A DNA stretch of 64,000 nt from an uncultured Verrucomicrobiae bacterium (GCA_963834255.1 CAWIBC010000009.1:12924-76923), one strand, 5' to 3'. Shown: positions 9,641 through 19,626, numbered from the stretch's first letter. Program-made: numbers and translations. The notes: a model not told the origin generated them from the sequence alone.

Positions 9641-10754
9641 GTGAATTTATTGAAAGTCATCCTGGCTCTTTTGCTCGCGGGTGTCGTGACACCGCCGGCG
9701 CTGGCTCAGGACTGGGAAGTGATCGAGGCCGAAGGGCGCGATTACGTGAGCTTTGCGAATGTCGCGCAGTTCTATCGCTTCCCGCAATTCTCGCAGGTCA
9801 GCCGAACCGTTTCGCTGCGGGACGAGCGGCGCGGCATTCGCGCGCAGGGCGGGACGAGCGAATTTTTCATCAACGGCGTGCGCTTTTTCAGCAATTTCCC
9901 GCTCCTCGCGCGGGAGAACGCGAATCTCATCTCGGTGATCGACGTTGCCAAGATCGTCGAGCCCGTCCTGCGACCGAACAAAATCCGGGGCGCGAAGGAG
10001 ATCGACACCGTGGTGCTCGATCCCGGCCATGGCGGCGAGGATAGCGGAACTTCCGGCCCGTGGGGAAACGAGAAGACCTTCGCGCTCGATGTCGCGCTGA
10101 CTGCGCGTGAACAATTGCTCCGCGCCGGGTTCAAGGTGGAAATGACGCGCTCGACGGACAAGACGGTCGCGCTCGAGGAGCGGGTCGCGTTTGCCAATCA
10201 ATTTCCCACCGCGGTTTTCATCAGCATTCACTTCAACTCCGCCCGCGGCGGTTCGGGAGTGGAAAGCTATGTCCTCGCCCCGGCCGGGGTGCCCTCGAAT
10301 GCCTCGACCGAAGAATCATCCGAGTTCGACCGAGACGGAATTTTTGCAGGGCAATGCGCAGGATGCGGCCAACATCGCGCTGACCGCGGCGGTGCATGCC
10401 TCGATTTTATCGAAGGTCTCGGTCTTCGATCGCGGAGTGCGGCACGCGCGCTTTCACGTCCTGCGCGACATCACCATCCCGGCGGTGCTGGTGGAGGCCG
10501 GTTTCCTGAACGACCGGGTGGAGGGCGCGCAGATCGCGACCGCGGCCTACCGGCAAAAGCTCGGTCAGGCGATGGCGGCCGCGGTCAGCAATTATAATCG
10601 CGCGGTGCATTTCCAGACCTCGGGGCCCACCTTGGTCGCGGCCGCGAGCAATCTTCCGCCGCACTCGCGTGCCATCACCGATTCGTTAGGCCGGCCGCCT
10701 CCTGCCAGTCCGATGCCTTCGCCGCCCTCGGCCGCGATCCAGAATTCCAATTAA
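9641..10754 (+). pseudogene. N-acetylmuramoyl-L-alanine amidase (AmiC-like), one apparent frameshift
   Basis: GTG 9641 and signal peptide LLKVILALLLAGVVTPPALA. Amidase_3 motifs VVLDPGHGGEDSG and FISIHFNS lie in frame 1. The C-terminal half (FLQGNAQDAANIALT...IPAVLVEAGFLN...) lies in frame 2. The junction is at the T5 run 10341-10345. Confidence 0.75.
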
Positions 10755-10755
10755 A

Positions 10756-11592
10756 ATGACCGTACCAGCGAGCGCGAGCAGGCGGGAAAAACCGATCGGC
10801 GTCTTCGATTCCGGGATCGGCGGGCTGACCGTGGTCCGCGCCCTGCGCGGGCTGTTGCCTAACGAGGGGATTTTTTACCTGGGCGACACGGCTCGCGTCC
10901 CCTACGGCGGCAAAAGCGCGGCCACGGTCGAGCGCTACAGCCTCGAGATCACCGAGATGTTGCTGGCGGAAAACTGCAAGACCGTCGTCGTCGCCTGCAA
11001 CACCGCTTCTGCCCTCGCCCTGCCGCGGCTCGAATCGACCACGCCGATCCCGATCACCGGGGTGATCCAGCCGGGCGCGCAGGCGGCAGTGGCTGCGACC
11101 CGCAACGGCCACATCGGGGTCATCGGTACCCGGGCGACGATCAAGAGCGGCGCCTACGAGCGCGCGCTCCTCGCCCTCGACCCGGCGGTGCGCGTCTCGG
11201 CCCGGCCCTGCCCGCTTTTCGTCCCCCTGATCGAGGAAGGCTGGCTCGAAAGCGAGATCACTGACGGAGTCGTTAGGCAATATCTCACCCCGCTGGTCGA
11301 CGACGGCATCGATACTCTTGTTCTCGGCTGCACCCATTACCCGCTTCTGCGCGAGGCGATCGGACGTTTCCTCGGCGAATCGGTGCAGCTGGTCGATTCG
11401 GCGCAGAATTGCGCGACCGCGGTGGCGCAGATGCTGGAGGAGGAAGGCCTGCGCGCCGAGCCCGACGCGGAAGGGCGATTGGCGGTCGCCCTAACCGATC
11501 CGCCCGATGCCTTTCTCGATGTCGCCTTAAAGGCGCTGCAACTCGACATCGGCACGGTGCAGCTGCGCCAGGTCATCCACCCCGCTCGTTAG
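10756..11592 (+). CDS. murI: glutamate racemase
   Basis: IGVFDSGIGGLTV, VVACNTAS and LVLGCTHYPLL motifs. Confidence 0.9.
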   Translation: MTVPASASRREKPIGVFDSGIGGLTVVRALRGLLPNEGIFYLGDTARVPYGGKSAATVERYSLEITEMLLAENCKTVVVACNTASALALPRLESTTPIPITGVIQPGAQAAVAATRNGHIGVIGTRATIKSGAYERALLALDPAVRVSARPCPLFVPLIEEGWLESEITDGVVRQYLTPLVDDGIDTLVLGCTHYPLLREAIGRFLGESVQLVDSAQNCATAVAQMLEEEGLRAEPDAEGRLAVALTDPPDAFLDVALKALQLDIGTVQLRQVIHPAR

Positions 11593-11933
11593 GATCGGGT
11601 TTTCCCTTTTTTCGGCCGGGGCGCGACCAGGTCGTAGGAGTGATCGATCATGGCGCGCAGTTCAGCGTCCGGGATTCGGCCGGCGAGCGCGACCGTGTTC
11701 CAGTGCTTCTTGTTCATGTGATAACCGGGCTGCACTTCCTCGTAGCGATCGCGCAAATCGAGCGCACGGTCCGGGTCGCACTTCAGATTGGCGCGCGGCG
11801 GCACTTCGTCGAGCGAAGCGAGGGCGAAAATCTTTCCGGCGACCTTGAAGACGATCGTGTCCTCGCCAAAAGGCGTGCCCTCGGTCGCGCCCGCTTTCGT
11901 TAGGCAATAATCGCGGAAATCTTCCAGGTTCAC
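11589..11933 (-). CDS. MmcQ/YjbR-family DNA-binding protein
   Basis: 114 aa: ...DYCLTKAGATEGTPFGEDTIVFKVAGKIFA...KCDPDRALDLRDRY..VQPGYHMNKKHWNTV. GTG start overlaps the glyQS stop by 1 nt. Confidence 0.7.
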   Translation of the reverse strand: MNLEDFRDYCLTKAGATEGTPFGEDTIVFKVAGKIFALASLDEVPPRANLKCDPDRALDLRDRYEEVQPGYHMNKKHWNTVALAGRIPDAELRAMIDHSYDLVAPRPKKGKTRS

Positions 11934-13303
11934 TAAGCAATCGCGCTCGCGAGCCTCCCGGCCAGCTCGCTGATTTTCACCCGCTCCTGCTCCATGCTGT
12001 CGCGGTGGCGCAGGGTGACCGTGTCCCGCAGTGCGGGATCGCGTTCGCCCAGCGTCTCAAAATCGATCGTGATGCCAAAGGGCGTGCCCGCCTCGTCCTG
12101 GCGGCGATAACGCCGGCCGATCGCGCCCGTCTCGTCGTAGAAAACGTTCATGAGCGGGCGGAGCAAGGCCTGCACTTCGCGCGCCTTCTCAACCAGCGGC
12201 GGCTGATTTTTCAAGAGCGGAAAAATGCCGGCCTTGACCGGCGCGATCCGCGGATGGAAACGGAGCACGATCCGCGTCTCGCTCTTGCCCTTCTCGTCGG
12301 TCACCGTCTCCTCGTCGTAGGCTTCGCAGATGAGCGCGAGGACGGTGCGATCGACCCCGGCGCTCGGCTCCACGACGTGCGGGATGAAACGCGCCTTCGT
12401 GTCCTCGTCGAAATAATCGAGCGTCTTGCCGCTCGCCGTCTGGTGCTGAGTCAGGTCGTAATCGGTCCGGTAGGCGACGCCTTCGAGTTCCTGTTTTCCA
12501 AACGGAAATTCATACTCGATGTCGTAGGTGCCCTTGGAATAAAAGGCGCGATCGGCATCGGGCACGGTGAGGACGTGCAGCTTCGTCCGCGGCAGGCCGA
12601 TGTTTTCGTAGAACTTGAGCCGCTCCTCGAGCCAGTAATCGAGCAACTCCATCCCCTGCTCGGGCCGGCAGAAATATTCCAGCTCCATCTGCTCAAACTC
12701 GCGCGAGCGAAAGATGTAATTGCGCGGGTTGATCTCGTTCCGGAACGCCTTCCCGATCTGCGCGATGCCGAAGGGCAGCTTTTTGCGAGCGGTATCGAGG
12801 ACATTCTTGAACTGGACGAAAATCGATTGCGCCGTCTCCGGCCGCAGGTAGGCAATCGAGTCGGGATCGGCCGAGGCGCCCATCTGGGTCGAGAACATGA
12901 GGTTAAAGGGCCGCGCTTCGGTCAGGTCCTTGCCGCCGCAGTTCGCGCACTGTTTGACGCCGTTTTTTTCCGGAAGCTGATCCGCTCGCAAACGCGCCTT
13001 GCAGGTGCGGCAATCGACCATCGGGTCGCTGAACGTGTCTTCATGCCCGCTGGCCTTGAGCACGGCGCGGTGGGTAAGAATGGCGCCGTCCATCCCGACG
13101 ACGTCGTCGCGTTCGCGCACCATCACGCGCCACCAGTAATCTTTCAGGTTGCGCTTCAGCTCGACCCCGAGCGGGCCGTAGTCCCAGACGCCATTGAGGC
13201 CGCCGTAGATTTCGCTGCCCTGGAAAATAAAGCCGCGCCTCTTGCAGAGGCTGACGATTCGTTCCATGCGCTGAAGATCCTGCGTTCCGGTTGCCATCGG
13301 CAT
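11933..13303 (-). CDS. glyQS: glycine--tRNA ligase (class II, homodimeric type)
   Basis: RRGFIFQGSEIYGGLNGVWDYGPLG, the Cys cluster CRTCKARLRAD...CANCGG, and the class II motif 3 region. Start is uncertain (ATG 13303 or 13297 inside ORF ending at 13360). Confidence 0.9.
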   Translation of the reverse strand: MPMATGTQDLQRMERIVSLCKRRGFIFQGSEIYGGLNGVWDYGPLGVELKRNLKDYWWRVMVRERDDVVGMDGAILTHRAVLKASGHEDTFSDPMVDCRTCKARLRADQLPEKNGVKQCANCGGKDLTEARPFNLMFSTQMGASADPDSIAYLRPETAQSIFVQFKNVLDTARKKLPFGIAQIGKAFRNEINPRNYIFRSREFEQMELEYFCRPEQGMELLDYWLEERLKFYENIGLPRTKLHVLTVPDADRAFYSKGTYDIEYEFPFGKQELEGVAYRTDYDLTQHQTASGKTLDYFDEDTKARFIPHVVEPSAGVDRTVLALICEAYDEETVTDEKGKSETRIVLRFHPRIAPVKAGIFPLLKNQPPLVEKAREVQALLRPLMNVFYDETGAIGRRYRRQDEAGTPFGITIDFETLGERDPALRDTVTLRHRDSMEQERVKISELAGRLASAIA

Positions 13304-13446
13304 ACAACTGGGACCGAGCCCCTCGTTTGGCAAATGATTTGGACCTTCGCTGTCCAGCACGCTCGTTCCTTCGGCAACGAACAGGTCGTAAGCCGATGAA
13401 CGCCACCCCGCGCTTTTACCGCGTCATCGTTCCTTAGGGGAATGCG

Positions 13447-13890
13447 CTACTTCACCGTCACCTCGGTCTTGACCGAGTTGGCGATGAAACAGTTTTCGTG
13501 CGCGAAGTGGTGCATCTCTTCGATATCCTTCTCGCTCGGCTGATTATCGCCGGAGAAGGTCAGCTTCGGATGCAGCTCGACCCGGGTGATGGCGAGTTTG
13601 CCATCGGCATTTTTCTCCATGTGGCCGACCGCCTCGTCGACGTACTCGTCGAGCAGGAATTTCTTCTTACAGGCCGCGGCGAGGAAGGTAAGCATATGGC
13701 AGCTGGCGAGGGCGGAGACGAACGCCTCCTCGGGGTCGACCAGTTTCGGGTTGCCGAGGTAAGCCGGGGCGGCTGAGGCCTCCATTTGGTGGCCGCCGTC
13801 GAAACTCCAGCTGTGATCGCGGTTGTAGGTTTTGTACTCGAAGTCTTGCGTGGCGCGCTTCCAGGTGAGCGTCATTTTGTGTTCGGACAT
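13447..13890 (-). CDS. OsmC-family peroxiredoxin-like protein
   Basis: ATG 13890 (MSEHKMTLTWKR...). OsmC-like ...EEAFVSALASCHMLTFL...HHFAHENCFIANS. Confidence 0.8.
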   Translation of the reverse strand: MSEHKMTLTWKRATQDFEYKTYNRDHSWSFDGGHQMEASAAPAYLGNPKLVDPEEAFVSALASCHMLTFLAAACKKKFLLDEYVDEAVGHMEKNADGKLAITRVELHPKLTFSGDNQPSEKDIEEMHHFAHENCFIANSVKTEVTVK

Positions 13891-14029
13891 GCCTTTAGAT
13901 AAGTGCCGGGTCGCAATTCGCAAGCGGCCGTGATTCCGGCCCGTGGGTGGAACAAATCTTGCACTAAAGAATGGCCGAAACCCGCCCGCCGGCGGAAAAC
14001 CCGCCGGGGCCGGACCATTTTTTAAGCAA

Positions 14030-15181
14030 ATGAAGAACGAAGATCTGCAAGCGCTACTGACCGCCATGCTCGAGAGCGGCGAGGGCGTGTCGGACTGTCT
14101 TTTTATCAACGGCAAACCGCCCTTGGTCGAGCGCTACGGCAAACTGCACGAATTGCCGATGGAAGAAGCCGGCGCCGCGCTCCAGCCCTCGCACATCGAC
14201 GCGATCGCGGCGCTGCTCATGGCCGGGAGCGAACGCCTTCAGAGCGACCTGCAAACGACCGGCTCCTGCGACACCAGCTATTCGTTAGGCGAGCTGGCGC
14301 GTTTCCGGGTCAATATCTATCGTCAAAATGGCCACCACGGCATTGTCATGCGCAAGTTGCAGTCCGCCGTGCCCACCCTCGAGACGCTCGGGTTGCCGCC
14401 CATTTTTCAGCAAATGGTTCAGGAAAAATTCGGGATCATTTTCCTCACCGGCAGCACCGGCAGCGGCAAGACGACCACCCTGGCCGCGATGTTGAACGAA
14501 ATAAATCAGTCGCAGGAAGTTCACGTTGTCACCCTCGAGGATCCGATCGAATTCCTGCACCCGCACCAGAAGGCGGTCTTCAGCCAGCGGGAATTAGGGA
14601 AGGATTTTTCCGATTTCGCCACCGGCCTGCGCGCCGCCCTGCGGCAGGCGCCGAAAGTGATCCTGCTCGGCGAAATTCGCGACCGCGAGACGATGGAGAT
14701 CGCGCTCTCGGCGTCCGAAACCGGCCACCTCGTCCTGAGCACGCTGCACACCATCAACGCCGGCCAGAGCATCAACCGAATCCTTGGCCTCTTCACCAAC
14801 GACGAAGAGAAACAGATCCGCGAACGCCTTGCCGACACCCTGCGCTATGTCGTTAGTCAGCGGCTGGTCAACAAAATCGACGGCGGCCGTCTCCTCGTGA
14901 CCGAGATCATGGGCAGCAGCCTGCGCACCCGCGAGACCCTCCTCTACGGCGAAGGCGAAAACCGCAGCTTCCAGGAAATCATCGAGGCCGGCAGCACCCT
15001 CGGCTGGCACAGCTTCGACCAATCCCTCATGCGGGCCTTCGAAGAGGACCTCATCACAGAAGAGAGCGCCCTCCTCTTTTGCACCCACAAAAACAAAATG
15101 CGGCGCGACTTGGAGATGGCGAAAAAGCTTCGGGGCGTCATTCCGGAAGAGCCGTCGGGCTTACGCATGGCCTCCCTTTAA
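14030..15181 (+). CDS. pilT: type IV pilus twitching-motility (retraction) ATPase PilT/PilU family
   Basis: Walker A GSTGSGKTTT, the Asp box VVTLEDPIEF, and GHLVLSTLHT. ATG 14030 inside ORF 13943..15181. Confidence 0.85.
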   Translation: MKNEDLQALLTAMLESGEGVSDCLFINGKPPLVERYGKLHELPMEEAGAALQPSHIDAIAALLMAGSERLQSDLQTTGSCDTSYSLGELARFRVNIYRQNGHHGIVMRKLQSAVPTLETLGLPPIFQQMVQEKFGIIFLTGSTGSGKTTTLAAMLNEINQSQEVHVVTLEDPIEFLHPHQKAVFSQRELGKDFSDFATGLRAALRQAPKVILLGEIRDRETMEIALSASETGHLVLSTLHTINAGQSINRILGLFTNDEEKQIRERLADTLRYVVSQRLVNKIDGGRLLVTEIMGSSLRTRETLLYGEGENRSFQEIIEAGSTLGWHSFDQSLMRAFEEDLITEESALLFCTHKNKMRRDLEMAKKLRGVIPEEPSGLRMASL

Positions 15182-15192
15182 GAAATACGAGC

Positions 15193-15786
15193 ATGAAGAC
15201 AGAGAATCACGATCACTTGCGCCAGGAACTCCGCCTCGCCCAACTCGAAATCAAGGTATTGCGCGACCAACTCCAGTCGAAGCAGGAAGCGCAACAGAGG
15301 GGCGCCAAAAGCGAGCAAGCGGACACGCCCGCGCCGGTCGCGCCGGCCCTGAACTCGGTCATCATCCAGATGAAGCCCAATGGTTCCGAACCGGCGGCAC
15401 GCCGCCCCGGCCCTCATCCGCGCGTGCTTTACATTGAAGACAGCGAACCCAATTTCCGCCTCGTCCAGAGCATCCTGGAAGATCGCCCCGGGACCGAGCT
15501 GGCCTGGGCCGAGACCGGCCAAAAAGGCCTCGAAATGGCGCGGACCCATTCCCCGCAGCTCGTCCTCCTCGACCTCGACCTGCCCGACCTGCACGGGAGC
15601 AAGATCCTCGAAGAGCTGCAAGCGCAACCCGAGACTGCGCAGATTCCAGTCATCGTCATCAGCGCCGACGCCACCCCGAGCCAGATTGAGCGCATGCTCA
15701 CGGCCGGAGCCCGCAATTACCTGACCAAGCCGTTCGAGATTCGCCGCTTGCTCTGCATGTTTGACGAAATTTTTCTTCCCGCCTGA
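15193..15786 (+). CDS. response regulator receiver protein with N-terminal coiled coil
   Basis: RVLYIEDSEPN...LVLLDLDLPDLHG...PVIVISADA...YLTKPF (REC domain). Lies directly downstream of pilT. Confidence 0.8.
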   Translation: MKTENHDHLRQELRLAQLEIKVLRDQLQSKQEAQQRGAKSEQADTPAPVAPALNSVIIQMKPNGSEPAARRPGPHPRVLYIEDSEPNFRLVQSILEDRPGTELAWAETGQKGLEMARTHSPQLVLLDLDLPDLHGSKILEELQAQPETAQIPVIVISADATPSQIERMLTAGARNYLTKPFEIRRLLCMFDEIFLPA

Positions 15787-15851
15787 CGACGGCGCCGGAA
15801 CGAAAAACTTGATTTGCCGCAAAGCGGCGGCGCGCTGATGGTTCCGCCCTG

Positions 15852-17504
15852 ATGGAGCGGTCGCTGACTTCCGCCAACATGCGGGCCTCGCTCCGCCGCC
15901 GGCAAATTCTCCTCGCGCTGGTTCTGCTCGCGCTCCTCGCCGGAGGGATCGCTCTCCGTCACTTCACCTGGCAGCAGACGACGCACCTGCGCTTTCAGCG
16001 CGACATCGTAAACGGATTTTACTGGGGCAGCCAGACGCTGGCCGAAGGGCGACGCCTTTCGCCGGGGGAAGAAGGCGACTCCTGGGTAACGCTCGCGCGC
16101 GGCTACTTTGGGCTCTACGACCGAGTCCAGAAGGAATCCTACGGACGTGATTATCATCTCGATTATCCGCCGCTCCGGCTCCTCGTCATGTCGATCTGGG
16201 CCAAGGAAGTGCGGGCAAAATTCCCCGGAGCCGAGGATGGCACGCCGGAATATGTCGAGCCGCTGCTGACGGTTAATCTCTTCGCCGAACTGGCCACCGC
16301 GCTCGGCATTTTCCTGCTTGTGAGGCTGGGAGTCCGCCGGGCCTCGGGGGCGACCGATTCGGGTCTTCTGCATCGCCTGCCGGCGGTCGAGCGCGGCTGG
16401 GTTTGCGGTTTGGTCGCGGCCAGCGTGGCCTGGCTCGAGCCCTCGCTCATCCTCGACGCTCACGCCTGGCCACAGTGGGATTGCTGGATTCTCCCGTTCT
16501 ATCTTTTTGCCGCGCTCTCTGCCCTAACGAGACGTTGGTTTTGGTGCGGCTGCCTCCTCGCGGCCGGTGGCATGCTCAAGGGCCAGCTCCTTTTCGTCGC
16601 GCCCTTTTTCCTCTTTTGGCCGCTCTGGCAGAAACGCTGGGCGCGCGCCGGCCGATTCCTCGCCGGCTTCACTGCAACGGCGGCACTCCTGGTTTCGCCC
16701 TGGCTCCTGCAAACGCCCCTCGCCTGGGCTGGAGTCGCGACGGTCGGGATCGTCGTTGCTGGATTGTTGAGGCATCGGCGCTCGCGCCACACCTGGGCCT
16801 GGGCGGCTGGATTGGCGGGCGTCGCGGCCTTTGCGATCGGCGCTTTTGGCGGCGGCAGCTTCGCCTGGTTGCAGATCGGGTTTTTCTACGGGAGCGAGCG
16901 TTACCCGTACCTCTTCATCAGCTCCTGTTACAATCTCCCTTCCCTGCTTTCCTACTGGAACCTCTCGCTTAAGACGCCGCTCTGGTCGCCGCACCTCGGC
17001 TCGCTCCATTTCGCTTTCACCCTGCAATGGATTCTGCGCCTCGTTTACCTCGGCGCCCTCGCCCTCTGCGCCCTCGGCGCTGCCCGCCACGCGCGCGCTC
17101 GGGATCCGCGGCTCCTTATTGCTCTCATTACGCCCTGGCTGCTGATGTTTGCCCTCCTCGCCCAAATGCATGAGCGCTACCTCCTCTGGGGCGCAGTCCT
17201 GAGCGCCGTCGCGCTCGGGGTCAGCGCGCGATTGAGCGTAATCCACTTCGTTTTCTCCCTCATGAGCACTGCCATGATCACCCAGGTGCTCCTGATGGAT
17301 AAAAAGCTCGGCCCGACTCTTTCGACCATCGATTTCCTGGAGCGGATGCGGCCGCTCGCCTCCGGGCTGCTTCTGTTCTGTGTCGCAATCTATTTTCGCG
17401 AAGCGCTCTCGCGGCGGGCACCGCAGTTCCGTCGCCCGCGCAAGGCCGGGGCGCCGGAGCCGCCCGCGCCGCTCGTCCTGGCGGTCGCGGGCGAAAAAGC
17501 CTAA
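15852..17504 (+). CDS. polytopic membrane protein, glycosyltransferase-like (PMT/ArnT-type fold suspected)
   Basis: 550 aa with more than 10 predicted TM helices. Periplasmic-loop motif YGRDYHLDYPPLRL. The family call is weak. Confidence 0.5.
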   Translation: MERSLTSANMRASLRRRQILLALVLLALLAGGIALRHFTWQQTTHLRFQRDIVNGFYWGSQTLAEGRRLSPGEEGDSWVTLARGYFGLYDRVQKESYGRDYHLDYPPLRLLVMSIWAKEVRAKFPGAEDGTPEYVEPLLTVNLFAELATALGIFLLVRLGVRRASGATDSGLLHRLPAVERGWVCGLVAASVAWLEPSLILDAHAWPQWDCWILPFYLFAALSALTRRWFWCGCLLAAGGMLKGQLLFVAPFFLFWPLWQKRWARAGRFLAGFTATAALLVSPWLLQTPLAWAGVATVGIVVAGLLRHRRSRHTWAWAAGLAGVAAFAIGAFGGGSFAWLQIGFFYGSERYPYLFISSCYNLPSLLSYWNLSLKTPLWSPHLGSLHFAFTLQWILRLVYLGALALCALGAARHARARDPRLLIALITPWLLMFALLAQMHERYLLWGAVLSAVALGVSARLSVIHFVFSLMSTAMITQVLLMDKKLGPTLSTIDFLERMRPLASGLLLFCVAIYFREALSRRAPQFRRPRKAGAPEPPAPLVLAVAGEKA

Positions 17505-17587
17505 CGAATGGAGCGGGAGCGTCGGGGACGATCAAACCAGTTGCCCGGCGCCCGGAGCGGGCTAAATCTACGGTCGCCCGTTTTTCC

Positions 17588-17662
17588 GCGCGATTAGCTC
17601 AGTGGTAGAGCGCTTGCTTCACACGCAAGAAGTCGCAGGTTCGAACCCTGCATCGCGCACCA
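17588..17662 (+). tRNA. tRNA-Val (anticodon CAC)
   Basis: Cloverleaf: acceptor GCGCGAT/ATCGCGC, D-arm TAGCTCAGTGGTAGAGC, anticodon stem-loop CTTGC-TTCACAC-GCAAG, T-arm GCAGGTTCGAACCCTGC. CCA is encoded. Confidence 0.9.
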
Positions 17663-17687
17663 CCGGCGTCGCCTTTTCGGCCGCGGG

Positions 17688-17855
17688 CTATTTCGTGAAC
17701 TGAAACTCCTCCTGCTGAAAACGCGGGTATTTGTCCGCCGCGAGGCGCAAACGCAGCGCCCGCAACATGGCCAGCCCACGCGGGGCCCGCATGCCCGCGG
17801 GACGATTGATGAGGGAGCCGGTCATGCGCGAATTCAAACGAATATTTTTTGTCAT
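17688..17855 (-). CDS. possible small hypothetical protein (55 aa)
   Basis: ATG...TAG ORF below the track cutoff: MTKNIRLNSRMTGSLINRPAGMRAPRGLAMLRALRLRLAADKYPRFQQEEFQFTK. It fills the gap between the tRNA and the next gene. No family recognised. Confidence 0.25.
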   Translation of the reverse strand: MTKNIRLNSRMTGSLINRPAGMRAPRGLAMLRALRLRLAADKYPRFQQEEFQFTK

Positions 17856-17910
17856 GGCACCAATCTAAAACACCGGGTCAGACATTCGCTGTCCGACAGA
17901 CAAAAATATT

Positions 17911-18267
17911 TTGCCGTGTTATTCTCCCGCCGTGCCCCGTGCGGAAAAATTTCATCACAACGTTTACGTCATCCTGCTCGACGAGGCGGTTCTGAAGCAC
18001 CGCTCTGTCCTCCGACTCAATCCGAAACGCGACGCGGCCAAGCCCTGTCTCTACGTCGGCATGACGGGCCTGCCGGTGGAGCATCGCTTCGAGAACCACA
18101 AGCACGGTTACAAGGCCGCCTGGGTGGTCGAGAAATATGGCCTCCGTCTCCTGCCGGAATTCTACGCACATCTCAACCCGATGCCGTTCGACGCTGCCGT
18201 GCAGATGGAAATGGAGCTCGCGCAAGATCTGCGGGCGGAAGGCTACACCGTGACCGGCGGAAAATAG
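17911..18267 (+). CDS. GIY-YIG-like domain protein
   Basis: NVYVILLD...CLYVGMTGLPVEHRFENHKHG resembles the GIY...YIG...R..H core. Start may be TTG 17911 or GTG 17932. Confidence 0.45.
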   Translation: MPCYSPAVPRAEKFHHNVYVILLDEAVLKHRSVLRLNPKRDAAKPCLYVGMTGLPVEHRFENHKHGYKAAWVVEKYGLRLLPEFYAHLNPMPFDAAVQMEMELAQDLRAEGYTVTGGK

Positions 18268-18297
18268 ACGACTCTCGCCTAACGACGAAGGCGCTCG

Positions 18298-19626
18298 TTA
18301 TTCAAAGATCTGGCCGTGATTAAATCGCCAGATGCTGAAAACATTCACCACCAGCGCGATCCCGGCCAGGATTGCCAGGGTCGGGAGAAGTTCGAGCGTG
18401 GTGCAATTCGCCCACAGGACCTTGATGAAGCCATCGAGCGACCAATAGACAATCGTCAGCTTGCTCAGTTTCTGGATGAACTCCGGCATGAAACTGGTCG
18501 GGAACCAGGCGCCGCCGATCGCGCTCATGGTGAGGATGAGAAATGTGCCCAGCCCGCTGGCCGCGGCGGCGGAGGGCGAGACCGCGGCCAGCAGCATGCC
18601 GAAGGAAACGCAGGCCATTGATGCGCCCAGACAGATGAGGAGGAGGTTGCCGAAATTGGTCGTGATATCGATCCCGAAGAGGAGGCTGCCGGCGAGGAAG
18701 AGCGCGCACAGTTGCACCATCCCGATGAACATTCCGAAGAGATATTTGCTCCAGAGAATGTGCGTTCGCCGCACCGGCGCCGCGAGGAGACGTTGAAAGA
18801 GACCAGCCTTCTTCTCGTCGAAGAGCGAAGTCGCCGCGCCCGAGAGGGAGAAGAGCAGAAACATGATCGCCCAGCCGCCGACGCTGCGTGTCGCCATGCT
18901 GCTTTTCACCTGGCGGCCGCCGATCTGCTCGGAATCGATTTTGATCAGGCTCTCGAAAAGTGAACTGGTCTCGCCCGAGGAGCCAGCCGCGTCGACATTG
19001 CCCAATCCGAAGTCGCCCTTGCTCAGGTCCGCGTAAATTTCTTCCGCGTCCCCGCCGAAACCCTGCGCGATGGCGCTCGCGATCGCGCGGTTGAATTGAT
19101 CGAAGTTTTCCTGCCCGATGAAATTGGCGCCCTTCTTTTGCAGCGAAAGCAGGAGGGCCTGCGGCGCGGAAGTGTAGATCGTTTTCTGCACCAGCCCGGT
19201 CACGGTCTGGGTTTCGATTTCGTTCCGCGGGTTGTGCAGAAATTTCAGCTTCAGCCCGAAGCTCTCGTCGCTCTGCGTATCGGGCGGAAAGACGAGCGCA
19301 AACCGGAGCGACCCGGCCTGCATCTTTTCCCGCACGCGCGCTTCCGTCAGCGGGACCTCCTTCCCGTCTTGCGTTTCCGTGGTCAGGACTTTGAAGGCTT
19401 TTTCCTTTTGTAAAGCCGCCGTGATCGCGGCCACCACCGGCGCGTCGGTCGCGCTCACCACGGCGATGGGAATTCCCGTCGGCCCACCCCCACCGCTGGT
19501 CACCCCGAAGACGTGCCCGAAAATATAAATGAGCACCATGGGGACGAGAAAAGTGAGCGAGAGCGCCGTCTTGTCGTGGAGGAAGCGGCGCAGCTCGTTG
19601 CCGAATAAAATCAAAACTGTGCGCAT
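18298..19626 (-). CDS. ABC-2 type transporter permease
   Basis: 442 aa: N-terminal TM helix, large extracytoplasmic loop, then 5 C-terminal TM helices. Immediately downstream of an ABC ATPase. Confidence 0.8.
   Translation of the reverse strand: MRTVLILFGNELRRFLHDKTALSLTFLVPMVLIYIFGHVFGVTSGGGGPTGIPIAVVSATDAPVVAAITAALQKEKAFKVLTTETQDGKEVPLTEARVREKMQAGSLRFALVFPPDTQSDESFGLKLKFLHNPRNEIETQTVTGLVQKTIYTSAPQALLLSLQKKGANFIGQENFDQFNRAIASAIAQGFGGDAEEIYADLSKGDFGLGNVDAAGSSGETSSLFESLIKIDSEQIGGRQVKSSMATRSVGGWAIMFLLFSLSGAATSLFDEKKAGLFQRLLAAPVRRTHILWSKYLFGMFIGMVQLCALFLAGSLLFGIDITTNFGNLLLICLGASMACVSFGMLLAAVSPSAAAASGLGTFLILTMSAIGGAWFPTSFMPEFIQKLSKLTIVYWSLDGFIKVLWANCTTLELLPTLAILAGIALVVNVFSIWRFNHGQIFE

Noticed and set aside
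17588-18300. Possible tRNA-Val-associated integrative element.
   Set aside because: There is no integrase or recombinase, no repeat of the tRNA 3' end, and no transposase anywhere in the window. Only a weak motif-gap argument remains, and it is reported separately at low interest.
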